A stretch of 61,779 nt of DNA, counting the filler, from Rhabdomonas costata (lineage: Eukaryota), in NCBI GenBank assembly GCA_019059605.1. It is 26 parts of 26 records of this genome, joined end to end, with 100 filler letters (N's around TTAATTAATTAA, not from the genome) between each part and the next. Parts side by side here need not be neighbours in the genome. Positions count along the whole stretch, not along the records: positions 9,530 to 11,811 come from JAHMHO010004309.1; positions 11,912 to 14,190 come from JAHMHO010004310.1; positions 14,291 to 16,572 come from JAHMHO010004311.1; positions 16,673 to 18,953 come from JAHMHO010004312.1; positions 19,054 to 21,335 come from JAHMHO010004313.1; positions 21,436 to 23,716 come from JAHMHO010004314.1; positions 23,817 to 26,097 come from JAHMHO010004315.1; 19 more parts are not named here. The stretch is one strand, 5' to 3'. This document shows, in pieces, positions 11,806-23,825 of this stretch. Within the stretch, counting starts at the first letter, position 1. Every line of letters starts with the position of its first letter. A program made the translations under genes and the position numbers. The notes beneath the pieces are model-generated. The model was given only the letters and a program-made list of their open reading frames with translations. It was not told the DNA's origin and made no database searches.

Positions 11806-12849
11806 AACACCNNNNNNNNNNNNNNNNNNNNNNNNNNNNNNNNNNNNNNNNNNNNTTAATTAATTAANNNNNNNNNNNNNNNNNNNNNNNNNNNNNNNNN
11901 NNNNNNNNNNNAAATATTTTCTCCTTATCGCTGGATCCGTCCAAGGAGGGATTGAGACGTAGAAGGTTCAGCGCTCGGTTTATTCGAAGCCTTGCTCAAC
12001 CTTCAATCAGGTTTCGCATCAGTTTCGTTATCTACCAACCACCCATGCGATGGAATTTCAAAAAAAAATGTCGAAATTAGTGTTTCATTCAATTAACCTT
12101 GGCCGCTTCGTTATCACACTGCCAATGAACATGTCACTGACAAGTTGCGCTCGGATTTGTTGTCTGTCACGTCTCAAGAATTGCGCTGATATATGCGTGC
12201 AACCGTTGTATTCAGTTCTCCGAGTTTTGGTCTGTTGGGTGCCTTGTCAAAAATTTGAGGTAAACTTCACAAAGAAACGGGGGGGCTTCACCTGACTTCG
12301 GTGGGGCTAAACGACGATCGAGTGTAAAAGCGTTTCCCGACAGCAGGGGTTGATATTTTGGCTGGATGCGATCATGGACATTTTGCCTTAAAAATATTCG
12401 GGGTTCCAGAAAAACGCTTTTAGGCTTTTCAGGGACTCCATAACAAAAGATGAATGCGTACACGTCTTCCAAAATCTGAGAATGGCCCATTCCCAAGAGA
12501 TTCACCCCAAGATAGCCAGTAGCGTGGTTCCCGAACCTGCTCGATCCTTTCGTTGCTTTGTAAAAGCTCACCCTCATTTCATGTCAGATTCATCACGTTA
12601 CTTTAGGTCAGGTTCACTTGTGTTCATGTCAGATTCTCCTCCAATATTATCTGCTAACTAACAATGGCGTTGGGCACCTTACCACTGCGCAATAATGTCA
12701 CAATAGCGATTTCAATGAACGTTTCCTGGTCTTTGTTATGACGGCAACTGGAGAAGGATGGAAGATTAATCCCATAACCTTTTGTAACCCCCTGCAGTTT
12801 ATCTGCTTCGTAACCAAACTGAAACAGCACTGAAAAAGGGAAGTGTTAC

Positions 12850-13802
12850 CTTGCCCTCCACGGAGCGCTCGGGGATCAGTGGATCCATGTACACCGGCAG
12901 GTGCTTTTTCTGAAGCGTTGAGTATGCCACCCGATCCATTGCAAGGAACAGCATGGCTCTGGGAGGCGCGCCACTCGTCGCCTTTCTCAAGGAGCACCAC
13001 AAATTAAGACCGAGGTCATGCCAACCCCCATTCACAGGTATTATAAGCACGGTGTCCCCTCCGATTCCCTTCGAAGTTGCCAGAAGACCCGTCACTGCCT
13101 CAAAACCTGAAAAACAGTGCCGGCAGCGATGCATTTTTACTCTAGGAGGAGGGAGGGTTCGGAAAGGACGTTAAATTGTTGCGCCAGTCTATCAGCTTCG
13201 GAGGGTACAGTGACGGCTGCATGTCTGGCACAACGCTAGACCAAGGTTTTCGTATGGGCAAAAATGTCCTGCAGACATGAGGGGTGATGAAATGTGGTCC
13301 AGAGATTACATATTTATCACGGGGAAAAAGCATTCCCCGTGAGGCCAAGCGCAAAACGAATTTTTGCAAAAAAAAAAAGCCTCGAACAGAAGGTATGGCA
13401 AAAGTCAGATACTGATGATGTGCCGGGCTGCCGCAGACGTTTTCGTGGACAGGAGAGGAACTACGTGCACAGAAGGGCGAACACATGCACAAGAAGTCAT
13501 GCATGCATTCATAGAAATGCTTAGTCAGAAACGAAAATGCACGGCACACCAGCCACTGGGCCTTCGAAGTTGCTTGCACCACCGCTTGAATTGCGGTGTT
13601 CCGAATCAGTAGGGGAGGGTAAAACAGGTAACGGGAGCTGGTCACTTTCCAGTTGTCTGCTTGGTGCCACATCCACTTGGTCAACGCCCACTCGTTGGTG
13701 GAGAATGCGGGACAACGTGGATGACCACCAGTACCCAAGAACACCAACCACTGTCAATGCCAGCAGCCACACCCCAAGGGACAGCCGAGGTCGTCTTGCC
13801 AT
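12850..13802 (-). CDS. Putative GT77-like nucleotide-diphospho-sugar transferase, 5' exons
   Basis: Type II anchor MARRPRLSLGVWLLALTVVGVLGYWW, then an exon VLIIPVNGGWHDLGLNLWCSLRK...MLFLAMDRVAYSTLQKKHLPVY, matching the N.G..L..NW.CS...L..A.D pattern of the PF03407 family. The DxD exon was not identified. Confidence 0.5.
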
Positions 13803-14812
13803 TCAAAACCCTCCACCACTTTCACAAAGGCATGAACATGAAGGAAAAGGCACCAGCTGTAAGCAGGGATGCACAAACAAGTGCTGTCGGCCACTGACGA
13901 AATTACTTTACGTTCCTCATTGTTGGAGTTTTTGTGCGCAGAGGTTAAAATAGAGGCAACAACGAGCTTTTTTTTTGTGTTGTGAGCTTTTCTTCGTCAA
14001 GTGGCAGCGCTTCTAACCGGGGCTGCAAGAGGCGGCACCTACATACATGTGGCCTCTGTTGGTCTCTAGGTGGTGCTCAAGGAGATTCTTTATTGCATGA
14101 TTTTCAAATCGTCAAAGTATACTTTGCGAAGGCCAATGATTACATCACACAAAAATGTCAGGTGTTCAGCTTCAGAGAACGAGAAACACANNNNNNNNNN
14201 NNNNNNNNNNNNNNNNNNNNNNNNNNNNNNNNNNTTAATTAATTAANNNNNNNNNNNNNNNNNNNNNNNNNNNNNNNNNNNNNNNNNNNNGTTGGTTGGG
14301 TATTTAGCCCCCCCCCCTCTCCCGCACTCTTCCAACTTTCGCCTTTCGCCGCCTCGGCAAATGAGTTCTGGTGTCTGAGGATTTCCGAAAATTATTGAGA
14401 CGTAGCTGTTGCATTTTCTGTGAGCTGTTGTCGTTTCATTGCCTATTGCGCGCCCGTCCCACCTTCTTGTGGACGAGTAATGGGTCTGCGCCTTGTTCGG
14501 GATGCGGTATTTTTTGTGCTTTTCTTCCCTTATGGTTTTTCTATCAGTGCCAGCGGCGTGCGGATGTTGCCCCCCCCCCACTGTCAACCCTCCCGCAGAG
14601 TGTCGGTATTATTTTCGGTCCTGAGGTGTGTGTATGCGCATCATTTTGTATTTTGCGTTGTGTGTATCTCCGTTGTGTCTGCCTGTGTCTATGTTGTTTC
14701 CTCATTACTTAGCTTTGTTTTCTCTCCCCATCTCTCTCGGTGCTCCGTGGGTTGGTGAGTCCGCTTCGCCTGTTTCGCACAATCACGCTCGTACTCACAC
14801 TCACACACGCAG

Positions 14813-15670
14813 GTGGAGCTTTGACGACGCCGCGCTGGTGACCCACTCCCCTCACTCCATGAATGGACTGTTTGCCAGCATGACCATTCCTCCGATCGCG
14901 ACGAACGTCAAGCTGGATGTGGATAACCCGTTCTACAATCTCTTTCAGCGGCAGCTCATCGTCCCTGTCCAAACCGCCACTGGGAACCTTACTCTGGGGC
15001 TACTGGTCATTCAGGACTGGACTCGGACATTGTATCCCGTGGTGCGTGCTGATCTCTGATGCAAGCCCCATCCCCACCGCCGGATCATTTCGCTAATCAA
15101 GAATCTTCTGTATTTAGTCCATTCTCTATGAGTCACTGCCGCTCTGCAGTTCGCAGCCACGATTCACAGTGACTGTCGCCCACAAAAAATGCTTTGGGTC
15201 CCTTCATCCAGTATGGTTACGTTTTCTTCACATGGATGTATCCTATGCATGTGAGGAGACATTGGGTCGCCAGCAGCTGGTCTAAATGGTTGGAAGGCGG
15301 AGGGGGCACAGACCTAAAACGGAGGAGAGGTCGACAACTGAGCCCCCACCCCTTACAAGGTTTCCGTATGGGGCCCAGTCTTTGATGCCAAGTTTCTCCT
15401 CCTTGTGCTATGCGTTTTTTCTTTGGGCACGTTGCGTTGTCATCGTTTTGGTGGGGTCTGTATGGGCATAGTTCAACGCAGTCCCGCTGCTGGCGGTGGT
15501 GCTGAGTCAGCTGAGGGAGTTCTACCACGTCGACCTCACCGTTGTAATGATGGGGAGCACCTTCAACCCGGAGTGGGATGTGCTGGTCGGGCTGGACATT
15601 GATGTGCTGGTCACGGGAACGTCCAACAATTACAGCCTTCTGCAACCTCCTCCAACACAATACGTCAACG
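14813..15670 (+). CDS. Degenerate 5'-nucleotidase-like (calcineurin-like phosphoesterase fold) domain, exons 14813-15041 and 15472-15670
   Basis: IPPIATNV..., NLTLGLLVIQD, QLREFYHVDLTVVMMGS and LDIDVLVTGTS align in order with the P.L.AN, KIG.IG, VD.II.LSH and IDVIVGGHSH motifs of 5'-nucleotidases. Phase-0 GT-AG intron. Confidence 0.55.
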
Positions 15671-17264
15671 GTTAGTCCCCTTGGCTTCCCCATTTCCCTC
15701 CCTTTTCTCTCAGCTGTTTTTCTTTAGAGGGTATGTCCGCGGTGTCTCCAATAAATTTCTGGCAGGGGAGTTGGAATTCCGGGGGCATTGCCCGCGCCCC
15801 ATGGGAATCGAATAGAAGCTTTCGCAGGGGTTTTCGGAGGCGGTACGATTTACATATCGGCGGTAATGACTTGCGCCGCAGCGGAATCGCTCAGTATCCT
15901 ATGTCTCACATAAATCCCGTTTCCAAGGGGTTGGGAGTGAGTCGTTACACCCCCCTTCCCCCCTCCCAAAAAAATTACTATTGTCCCAAACACACCCACA
16001 GAGTGCTGCGAGTGCTTAGTGGTGAAGGTGCCATTTTACTTTTGAAGTGGCTGCAGGGTTGTTGTGAAAAATCAATATTTCATCTCTCCCACCTCAGCGT
16101 TATTACAAATCCTCGGAAATGTAGTGCTGCAATCCCATGACCATCTTTCATATCCTCTGTGCATTTCTACTCGCAATGGATATGGCCAGTGCACCCTAAG
16201 CTTAGAGCCTTGATTTTCTGTTCTCCGAGGCCGCTCGCATTTCCCGCAGTCGGATGGTAGTCAAACCTGAGACACAACAACAATTTCAAATGTTTGAAGC
16301 GCCATATTCATCAGCCATGGAGGGATGGGAAAAGGTTAAGGATTCTCAACTGGCTTTCTATGTATTAGTATTTTTCGTTTGGCTTTCTTTCTGTCCAGAT
16401 GCGAGCATGCCTACCGCGGTGCACCCTTCGGGAGGGATCCCCTGTGACCTCCAGAGTGCCCCCACTGGCGGCAGAGTTCTCCAGCGAGCCTTTGCTGGCC
16501 TTCAAGGCTGGCGCCCTGGCCTCAGCGCTGTGCAGTCTGCCTGCGCTTGAGAGGTGCCCTTCCCCAACACCCNNNNNNNNNNNNNNNNNNNNNNNNNNNN
16601 NNNNNNNNNNNNNNNNTTAATTAATTAANNNNNNNNNNNNNNNNNNNNNNNNNNNNNNNNNNNNNNNNNNNNAGCCGCACGAAGGGCCACCGCCACGGGA
16701 TCCAAGGACGGCCTGGCAAACACACAAAAATCAAGACCCGAGGTGCTTCGGCCCCAAAGAGAGAACTCATTTCTGCAATATTTCAATTGAGGCCTTGACG
16801 ATACCCTGGGAGTGAGAGAAAATGAAAAGGAATATTAGAGGAAGTTCTTATACCTGCCAAGACGTGGCGTGGAGTGACAAGCGTTTGTTTAAGCCGTTCG
16901 CGAACTGTTGAGGTAGGGGATTGGGTTTTTTCTCGGAGAACTTTTTGTGCAGCACGTTTTCCCCTTTCCCTTTTCGGAGAAGATGGACGGGATAGAAGCC
17001 AAAGCGATGCTTGAATGTTTATCCTTCTCCCGGCCGGCACTGCTGCCAATGTGTATGGCTTTGCTGTTGGTTGTAGCATCGCTATTTAACTTCCTTAATC
17101 CAAAGTATCTCTGGTTGTGAATTGCGAACCTGGTGGCTGGACAATGCTTGCTTGCACCTTTCCTGCGACTATGGAGGGTTTTACTGTATGTATCGCCATC
17201 TGAAAGTGTTATTGCCTTCCACCGCTCGTTCTTATAAGATGCCTTTCGTTTCGTTTTCTTCCAG

Positions 17265-18945
17265 GTGATCACCTACAACATTCCTAACATGACCAGCCCG
17301 CTAAACCTCTCCAGAAGTCTTCTAGTGGATATCTGGGCTGGTATGGTGTTGGTGGGTTTTTCTTATATGGGTTCCGTGATGGGGAGTGGTGGCTCTCCGC
17401 ATCGATTTGTTCTTCTTGTCCTCCTCTCCTCTTCGGTGTGTGCAGCTGTGCTTCATTTCTGCCCCCCTACCCTGCTCCTCTATCTTCCTTTTCTTCCTTT
17501 TCTCCTCTTCTATTTCCCACATTTTCTGCGTCCCTCCCCGCTCATTTGAACAGACCCCTGGAAGTTCTCGTTTTATGGCGACATCAAAGAGGTTTCCTGA
17601 GCAAACGTCTGTTTCCTTGCCCTTGAGCCTGCCCATACGATGGAACAAACAGGTTTTGCAGTCTCTCCAAAGGGGTGTTTGCAGACACTCAAAGTCCAGC
17701 CTGGTCGGGCGTATGGGTTGACCGACCCCAGAGTCAGTCTGCAGCTCTGTTACAATCTGAGTGGAGTCGAGCGCATCCAAAAAAAATCACAGGAAGAGTA
17801 ACCACTCTGTCCGACCCGACCTTGAAAGCCCTTAACCCTGGCCTCTCCGCGACCTCTCCGATCACGGTGGTGGTCCCTCCGGTGTGTATGGCTGGATGAG
17901 TTGGTGGGTTTTCGCGCGTGTTTAGCATTGATTTGACATGTGGTCTTCTGACTCTAACGCGCTGGCTTCCTCCGTTTTCACGCCTGTCGGCAGTTCGTGT
18001 GGGGGATTCGTCTCGGTTAGGTTTTGAAGGATTTTACTGTCTGCATCGCCACAGAGATCCCACTGACTCGATGTTCTGTGGGTTCTGTGTGTGTTCCTTG
18101 GTCACAAGGCCCAGGCTGCTTGCTGGGGAGCTTTGGAAGAGATTCGAATCTGGGGGGGGGTTCGCGCATGGCAGACTTTGGGGCGTGTTGTGAGAATGAC
18201 CGAATTTTTTGACCAACAACAGCATCCCGTTTGCTTTCCTTGCCTTGAGCATGGTGAAGTAATTCCCTTATAACAACAAAAATTTCGAGACGTAGAAGAT
18301 TAGGATTACAGATAATTTGTGGTCTTTTGGGCCAGGCCTGCAGTTTGTACCTCAGCACAGGACAACATGCCCTGCTTTGCACGCACGCACGTACAGGGAA
18401 GCTCCGCTCTGACCCAGGCCTTCACCTCGGCGCTGTCGACCTTCAGTTCATCGTGGAAGGCACAGTTTGGGACCTTTATGGACAGCTCAGGGTTCGCCGC
18501 CTCCGCGGCGACCATTGTGTATTCATCCTCGGTATGCATGTGGGTATTGCGTGCTTGCGCGCCGCTCCTTCCCAGAGAACTGGCATTTGTATGCGTATCG
18601 GTGGTGACAGTCGTGTCTAGCAGCTGCAACCTCAACGGGGATTCCTCGCGAATCTTACAGGGGAAGGTGGCCGAGCCTTCCTCCTTACAAGACTTCTTTT
18701 GCTTACCGTTTGAGCATTTCACGCGAACTGCCCTCGGAGCTATGCAATGATTACTCCCCCCCTGGACTGTCGAGTCCATTCTTTCTTTTCTTTGGCGCAG
18801 TGCCACAAAAAGACAACAAGAGCCGTCGTCCCGGAAGAAAGAACCCGGCATAGTGTTTTCCGGCTTCCGCAGGTTGCCGGCATTCCCTATGCCGTGTCCT
18901 ATGTCCCCTTGCTCGAGGTGGTGACACAGGCTCTGCCCTTCACCA
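17265..18945 (+). CDS. PstS-like periplasmic binding protein (PBP type 2) domain, exons 17265-17340, 17793-17881, 18397-18531, 18873-end
   Basis: Spliced VITYNIPNMTSPLNLSRSLLVDIWAG RVTTLSDPTLKALNPGLSATSPITVVVPP GSSALTQAFTSALSTFSSSWKAQFG...VAGIPYAVSYV matches PstS YNLPG..L.L....L..IF.G.I..W.DP.I..LNP...I.VV and GAIGYV. Three phase-compatible GT-AG introns. Confidence 0.8.
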
Positions 18946-19934
18946 CCCAACAANNNNNNNNNNNNNNNNNNNNNNNNNNNNNNNNNNNNNNNNNNNNTTA
19001 ATTAATTAANNNNNNNNNNNNNNNNNNNNNNNNNNNNNNNNNNNNNNNNNNNNAACGTGTTGGAACGTGATGGAAATGTTTTTTGTAACTCTTGTCTTGC
19101 CTCCCGCACACACACACCTTCTACTGAAGGTGACTGCGCACTTTTTGGCTGGAGCTTTGGCACCAGTCAGATACGCGCTTTGGCCCACGGGGGATATACA
19201 ACCCGTCAAGCAAGCTGTTATTGGGGATAATAAGCAACGTTCTGGGCAAGTTCTTAGCAAACATAATTTCAAAAGGGCACACGTTTTTTTTCTGCATATT
19301 ACGTGCACTTCTTGAAACATTGCACATCCGTCGTTGCAAGCTCAATTCTTTCATTCCGGCTTCTGAAGGGTTCTTTTCGTCTTATTATTCTTTATGGTTT
19401 TGCAGCAGGCGAATGACCACGCACGCCACCTCCTCCTTCAGCCCCATTTGTGATACCTTGCGTAGACTGGTCCAGCGATGCCCTGCAATAGGTTGTTGTG
19501 GCTCTTCCTGCATTTTCCTCCACTCAATAGTGATGTTGTCGTTCACTTCGTTGTATGTCCTTGTTCACAAGTTATGTGGGTGTTAGCACTTACTGCTTTG
19601 ACTTGAGACCTCTGGCACCCTCTCCAGGTCCGAAAATGTGGGAGGGAGTCGTCCTGAAAAACCAGTCCAATACACGAACCAGGTATTTTCAGGGTGTCTG
19701 AAAATTTTCGCAGTTTATATTTTTTATAAAAAGTATTTCAGCTGGGTTCTGGGGCATTATGTTCCGCAGGTGCAGCTGCACAGGTTATAAACACTTGCGA
19801 ACCGCGCTCAAAGATATTGTGGTGGCACAACTGGTGGCACTCTCAAAGTATGAAGGAGATGTTAGTCATCACCTCACTTACCAAGTGTAATCTTGATGCC
19901 GGGTTGAATGCATCGCTTCAGCTGAGCGATGGAC

Positions 19935-20145
19935 ATCAATGGCTGCGTTATTCTATGATTTTCCACCAGAGAAAAAGGTCGGACGGGCATCCTGGGAAAA
20001 ATGGTAGCTTCATCAGAGATAAGCTTGTTTGGGAACGTCTTGTGCAACCCTTGCGGCACAGCCTATGCAGTACGTCTTGTGTAAAGTGATCCCATCGTGC
20101 TGGAATGCTTCTCTGCTGGCCAACACCAAAAGCTACCATAAACTA
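19935..20145 (+). mobile_element. Decayed LTR-retrotransposon integrase N-terminal (H2C2 zinc-binding) fragment
   Basis: WLRYSMIFHQRKRSDGHPGKNGSFIRDKLVWERL...C...C then, after a stop, AGMLLCWPTPKA. This resembles the H...GHPG...W...C..C...GLL.PLP.P pattern of Ty3/gypsy integrases. Confidence 0.5.
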
Positions 20146-20599
20146 TAAGGCACCATGTTTTTGCAGTATTTGGTTCCTGGTCTGGTGTTCCTTCCAATGT
20201 GCTCTGTACACTTCCCCTTCTGCTCCTTCTGCTGTCCTCAACTAAACTCTTTTCAGGGCCCTTTGTATGGTCCCTCGGGTTTTATTCTCTCTACGCCAAC
20301 GTCCTTCCCTCAACTTCCGCACTTCTCCCTTGCACCCTCCTCTCGCCAAGTCTATCCCTTTCACCGCGGCCTCCCTCTCTGCTTTTGAGTCCTATCTTCT
20401 CACCCTTTCTTGCCCCCAAGTCCCAACACCGCGCGCATTTGTGTTTCGGCGTGGGCGCACCTGCACATGCTCTCAGCCCTCTTGCGAGGCACCCTGGCGA
20501 GGGCTGTCCGCAGGGCAGTCCATCCTCGCCAGGGTGGCTGGACAATGGCAGCCTGGTGGCCGAACTGAAAAGCGTGCATCTATCTCATCTATCTCACTC

Positions 20600-21297
20600 T
20601 TCAACGGATGGCGCGGTGCAGTCGTTGCAGCCTCATCCTATCGAAGCGGCGGGGAGGAGGGGCGCCAGCTCAGCCGGCAGAGAGCCCGCCGCCGCGAGGT
20701 TGACAAACAAGCGCACGGCGCACAGAAGTCGTGCTTCATCGTCGGGTGCCCCACAGAAGCATGCTTCTCTTAAGTGTGAGGGACTCAGCTGAGAAGGACC
20801 TCCAGCACTCGCATCGGAAAGATCTTTAACCAGTTTGAGAAGCGTCGATTCGTCACCTTCGGTGAGCTGCACCCAGGCGCTGGGGTCGGACGCAGGCGAC
20901 TGGAGAGGCATGTCACCGCTAGGGTGTAGGTCCCGTATCTTTTGCAGCACCTCTGCCGTCAAGTCGTGGACTTCCGCCGATGCGAGCTCTCTCGCGGCTT
21001 TGGAGCAACCCCGGTTAGCCAAAGTACGGCAGCGTCGGCTTTGGCTTCAATCCACAGGGACTCCCAATCACCATCGGCCCATCTCTGTAGTCGAGAGAGG
21101 ATGACGTTGAACTGACGTTTCCCCGATGTCCCTTCCTTCTCATCACGTTCCCAGACATTCTCTTTTCTTTTGCCGGCCCCCTTCTTTCTTTTTTCCTCCC
21201 TTCCTGTCACTGAATCCATGAGCTCCAACGCTTCGGGCCCTCCATCGAAGGCCGCCCGAGTCGACGGGAACCCCTCCACCGATATCCTGGCGGCCAT
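20600..21297 (-). mobile_element. Decayed CRE/SLACS-like (RLE-class) non-LTR retrotransposon, pre-RT and RT N-terminal region
   Basis: Two frameshifted ORFs: ILSRLQRWADGDWESLWIEAKA, then SKAARELAS...KIRDLHP...SAGGPSQLSPSHLREA...LLCAVRLFVNLAAAGSLP. These motifs typically precede and open the RT domain in CRE-type elements. Confidence 0.8.
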
Positions 21298-22420
21298 TCA
21301 AGCTGTGGGAGCCTGATATCATCCCCCAACCACCCNNNNNNNNNNNNNNNNNNNNNNNNNNNNNNNNNNNNNNNNNNNNTTAATTAATTAANNNNNNNNN
21401 NNNNNNNNNNNNNNNNNNNNNNNNNNNNNNNNNNNTTGGGGGAAACAGCGAAAACAGGCCCCCGGGGATTCCCGTAGGGAGCGGGTCCGCAACAAAAACC
21501 GAGGGGGCACCGGCAATTTGGTGGCAAAGCATGCGCTTGAAAAAGTGACCCCCTGTAATGCCCAGAGTTGCCCTGCACTAAAAGTGGAGCATTGGGTCGT
21601 TCGCGGCCTCGGTCGGGGCACGACTAAATGTAGGATCCGGGTGGAATCGGTTCCTTCGGTTACGTAAGTTTTAAGTAAGTTTTGTTGTACGTAAGTTTGT
21701 ATGTTTTGTGTGTTTAGTTTCAAGGAGTGAACGGAAACCAATGAACGTTTAGCGTCCATTTTCGTCATTGTCAACAGTGGCGCATGGACCTTCCGCAAAA
21801 AAATACGATTACTAATTGCACCGGGACAAAAGAGCAGGGGTTTTGTGGGCGAAAGTGTGGAAGCGCAAAGCACCCGAGGGCACCGGCCGCCTTGGGCTCC
21901 TGCCCTCCAAAATGGCAAAAAAAAAGCTGGGCCCACCCAATTCAATATTGATCAACCAAAAACAACTAAAAACCCATTTGCCACATTGGTCTTGTGGCAA
22001 AAGGGCTGGGAAGCTATTTTTTTTTTGCGAAAAATACGGCTAGCTTAAACAACCGCATCCGACGCCAACGATTCCATTGATACGCAATCACAAGAGAACG
22101 TTTGCATACTTTCTTGCAAGGATTCAAAATCCTTTTCATTTCTTGTTCTCAACACTTCCTTAGGCCAACCTGGCGGGGCCCAGGCTATACGCTCTACGCT
22201 GTTCGACTCTGGAGTGTTTCTTCCCGCTTTGCACTTGATTGCGATACGTAACCATGTGTTTTGCATCCCCCCAACGAGCCAAAGCGTGGGTACGCATTCG
22301 TTTGCTTTCGGACCGGGGGTATAGAAGGCGCAACTGATCCGAGACATTCTGTCAGTTCGCTTCGGAAACAATCGACTCAAACAATGTACAGCGTCCACAA
22401 GCAAATGGTCTTACAGGAAC

Positions 22421-22452
22421 CTTACAAACTTACAAACTTACAAACTTACAAA
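22421..22452. repeat. (CTTACAAA)4 short tandem repeat
   Basis: Directly visible. Confidence 0.85.
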
Positions 22453-23065
22453 CACCATGTCACAACTCAAGCCATCGGAGCCAGGCGGTTCTTGCACCGA
22501 AGCCAAAGGCTAGTTATGCTGAGAGGGATGCCCAAATGCTCGGCTCGCAGCATTGTCCATAATAACCTGTGATTTGGATAAAGTGGGACAAACAATGCGG
22601 GACGAACACATGCAAGAAGGAAAATCGAGGAACCAACCGAAGACATAGCGAACATAAAACATATTGAGTCATGATGTCGAGAGAAGGTGAGATGGAAAAT
22701 GAAAGGAAACCAAGAGAAGGACTGGCTACCAGACCGCAGATACATCAGTTGTTGCAGGCAGTGGGCACGAACGTTCGTTCCAAAATGCATGTGATAAGAC
22801 GGAATTCGATCATCCGGCCGATGAATTCTCTCACTCAAACTGAAACATGTGCTTCGGAATGAATTCCAATTTCCTGATTCTCGAAGTGGGCACCTACACC
22901 GGCGACTTGTCAGACAGTGTCAAGGGCACGTAATCAAATGCGCGCGTGCCGACTGCGGGAAAGAGTCCCTGTTCTTCACGAGGGTGACTTTCCCCTCACC
23001 TCTTTATTTCCCGTGACTACACAGCAGCACCGTGCAAAAAATATATGAAGAAAGGCCAGGCACAC

Positions 23066-23716
23066 CAGGAAGATGTTCATTATACTGTAAATGGAGAGCG
23101 TGACGTAGGAGTAAAGATACAGATGAGCAATGACGGTAGCCCACGATGCAGACCCAGGCTGTGGGCCTGTTGCCGCGCTAAAAATGGCGTATACCTGTGC
23201 AAATTAGAGGAGGAGGCAGAACCGAGTGAGAAACTAGCAATCAAGAAATCAGAGCAAAACGAACTATTGCGCAGGCAAACTTATGCAGATACTCGGTACA
23301 GACAAACGAACAGAGGCTGCGGGTGTGCGCATTAATCACACGGTGAGCATTAATCACGCGGGCGGTCTATGCAAATCAAGGAACTTTCCATAGGTTTGCC
23401 AAAGGAGAGACCAGACAGATCAGACCAGACAGATCAGACCGTTCGAAGTCGATGCAATCTGCCAATTGCACCCCCTCCCCCCTCCTCAACAACAACGCAA
23501 ACTACCCCACAGTTTGCTGCGCGGCATACCATATCGCCATTGATGAGCGCGAACAGAGTCACCGCTGACTGCTCGATGGAGCTGAAGTGCCACGTAACGG
23601 CACCTGTGTGTGTGTGCGCGCACAAACCCCTCACAAGTGCACAAGTGCATCGAGAGGAATAGGACCAAACGAGGGGCTGTCATACCCAGCACGATCGTCC
23701 CAAAGAGACAGTACCC
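23066..23716 (-). CDS. Mucolipin (TRPML)/polycystin-type cation channel, S5-pore-S6 exons (23716-23686, 23603-23530, 23194-23066)
   Basis: Spliced GYCLFGTIVLG AVTWHFSSIEQSAVTLFALINGDM VYAIFSAATG...WATVIAHLYLYSYVTLSIYSIMNIFL matches mucolipin GYCFCGWIVLG, LFSLINGDDM and LYLYSFISLFIY. Confidence 0.88.
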
Positions 23717-23825
23717 NNNNNNNNNNNNNNNNNNNNNNNNNNNNNNNNNNNNNNNNNNNNTTAATTAATTAANNNNNNNNNNNNNNNNNNNNNNNNNNNN
23801 NNNNNNNNNNNNNNNNGGGGGGGGT

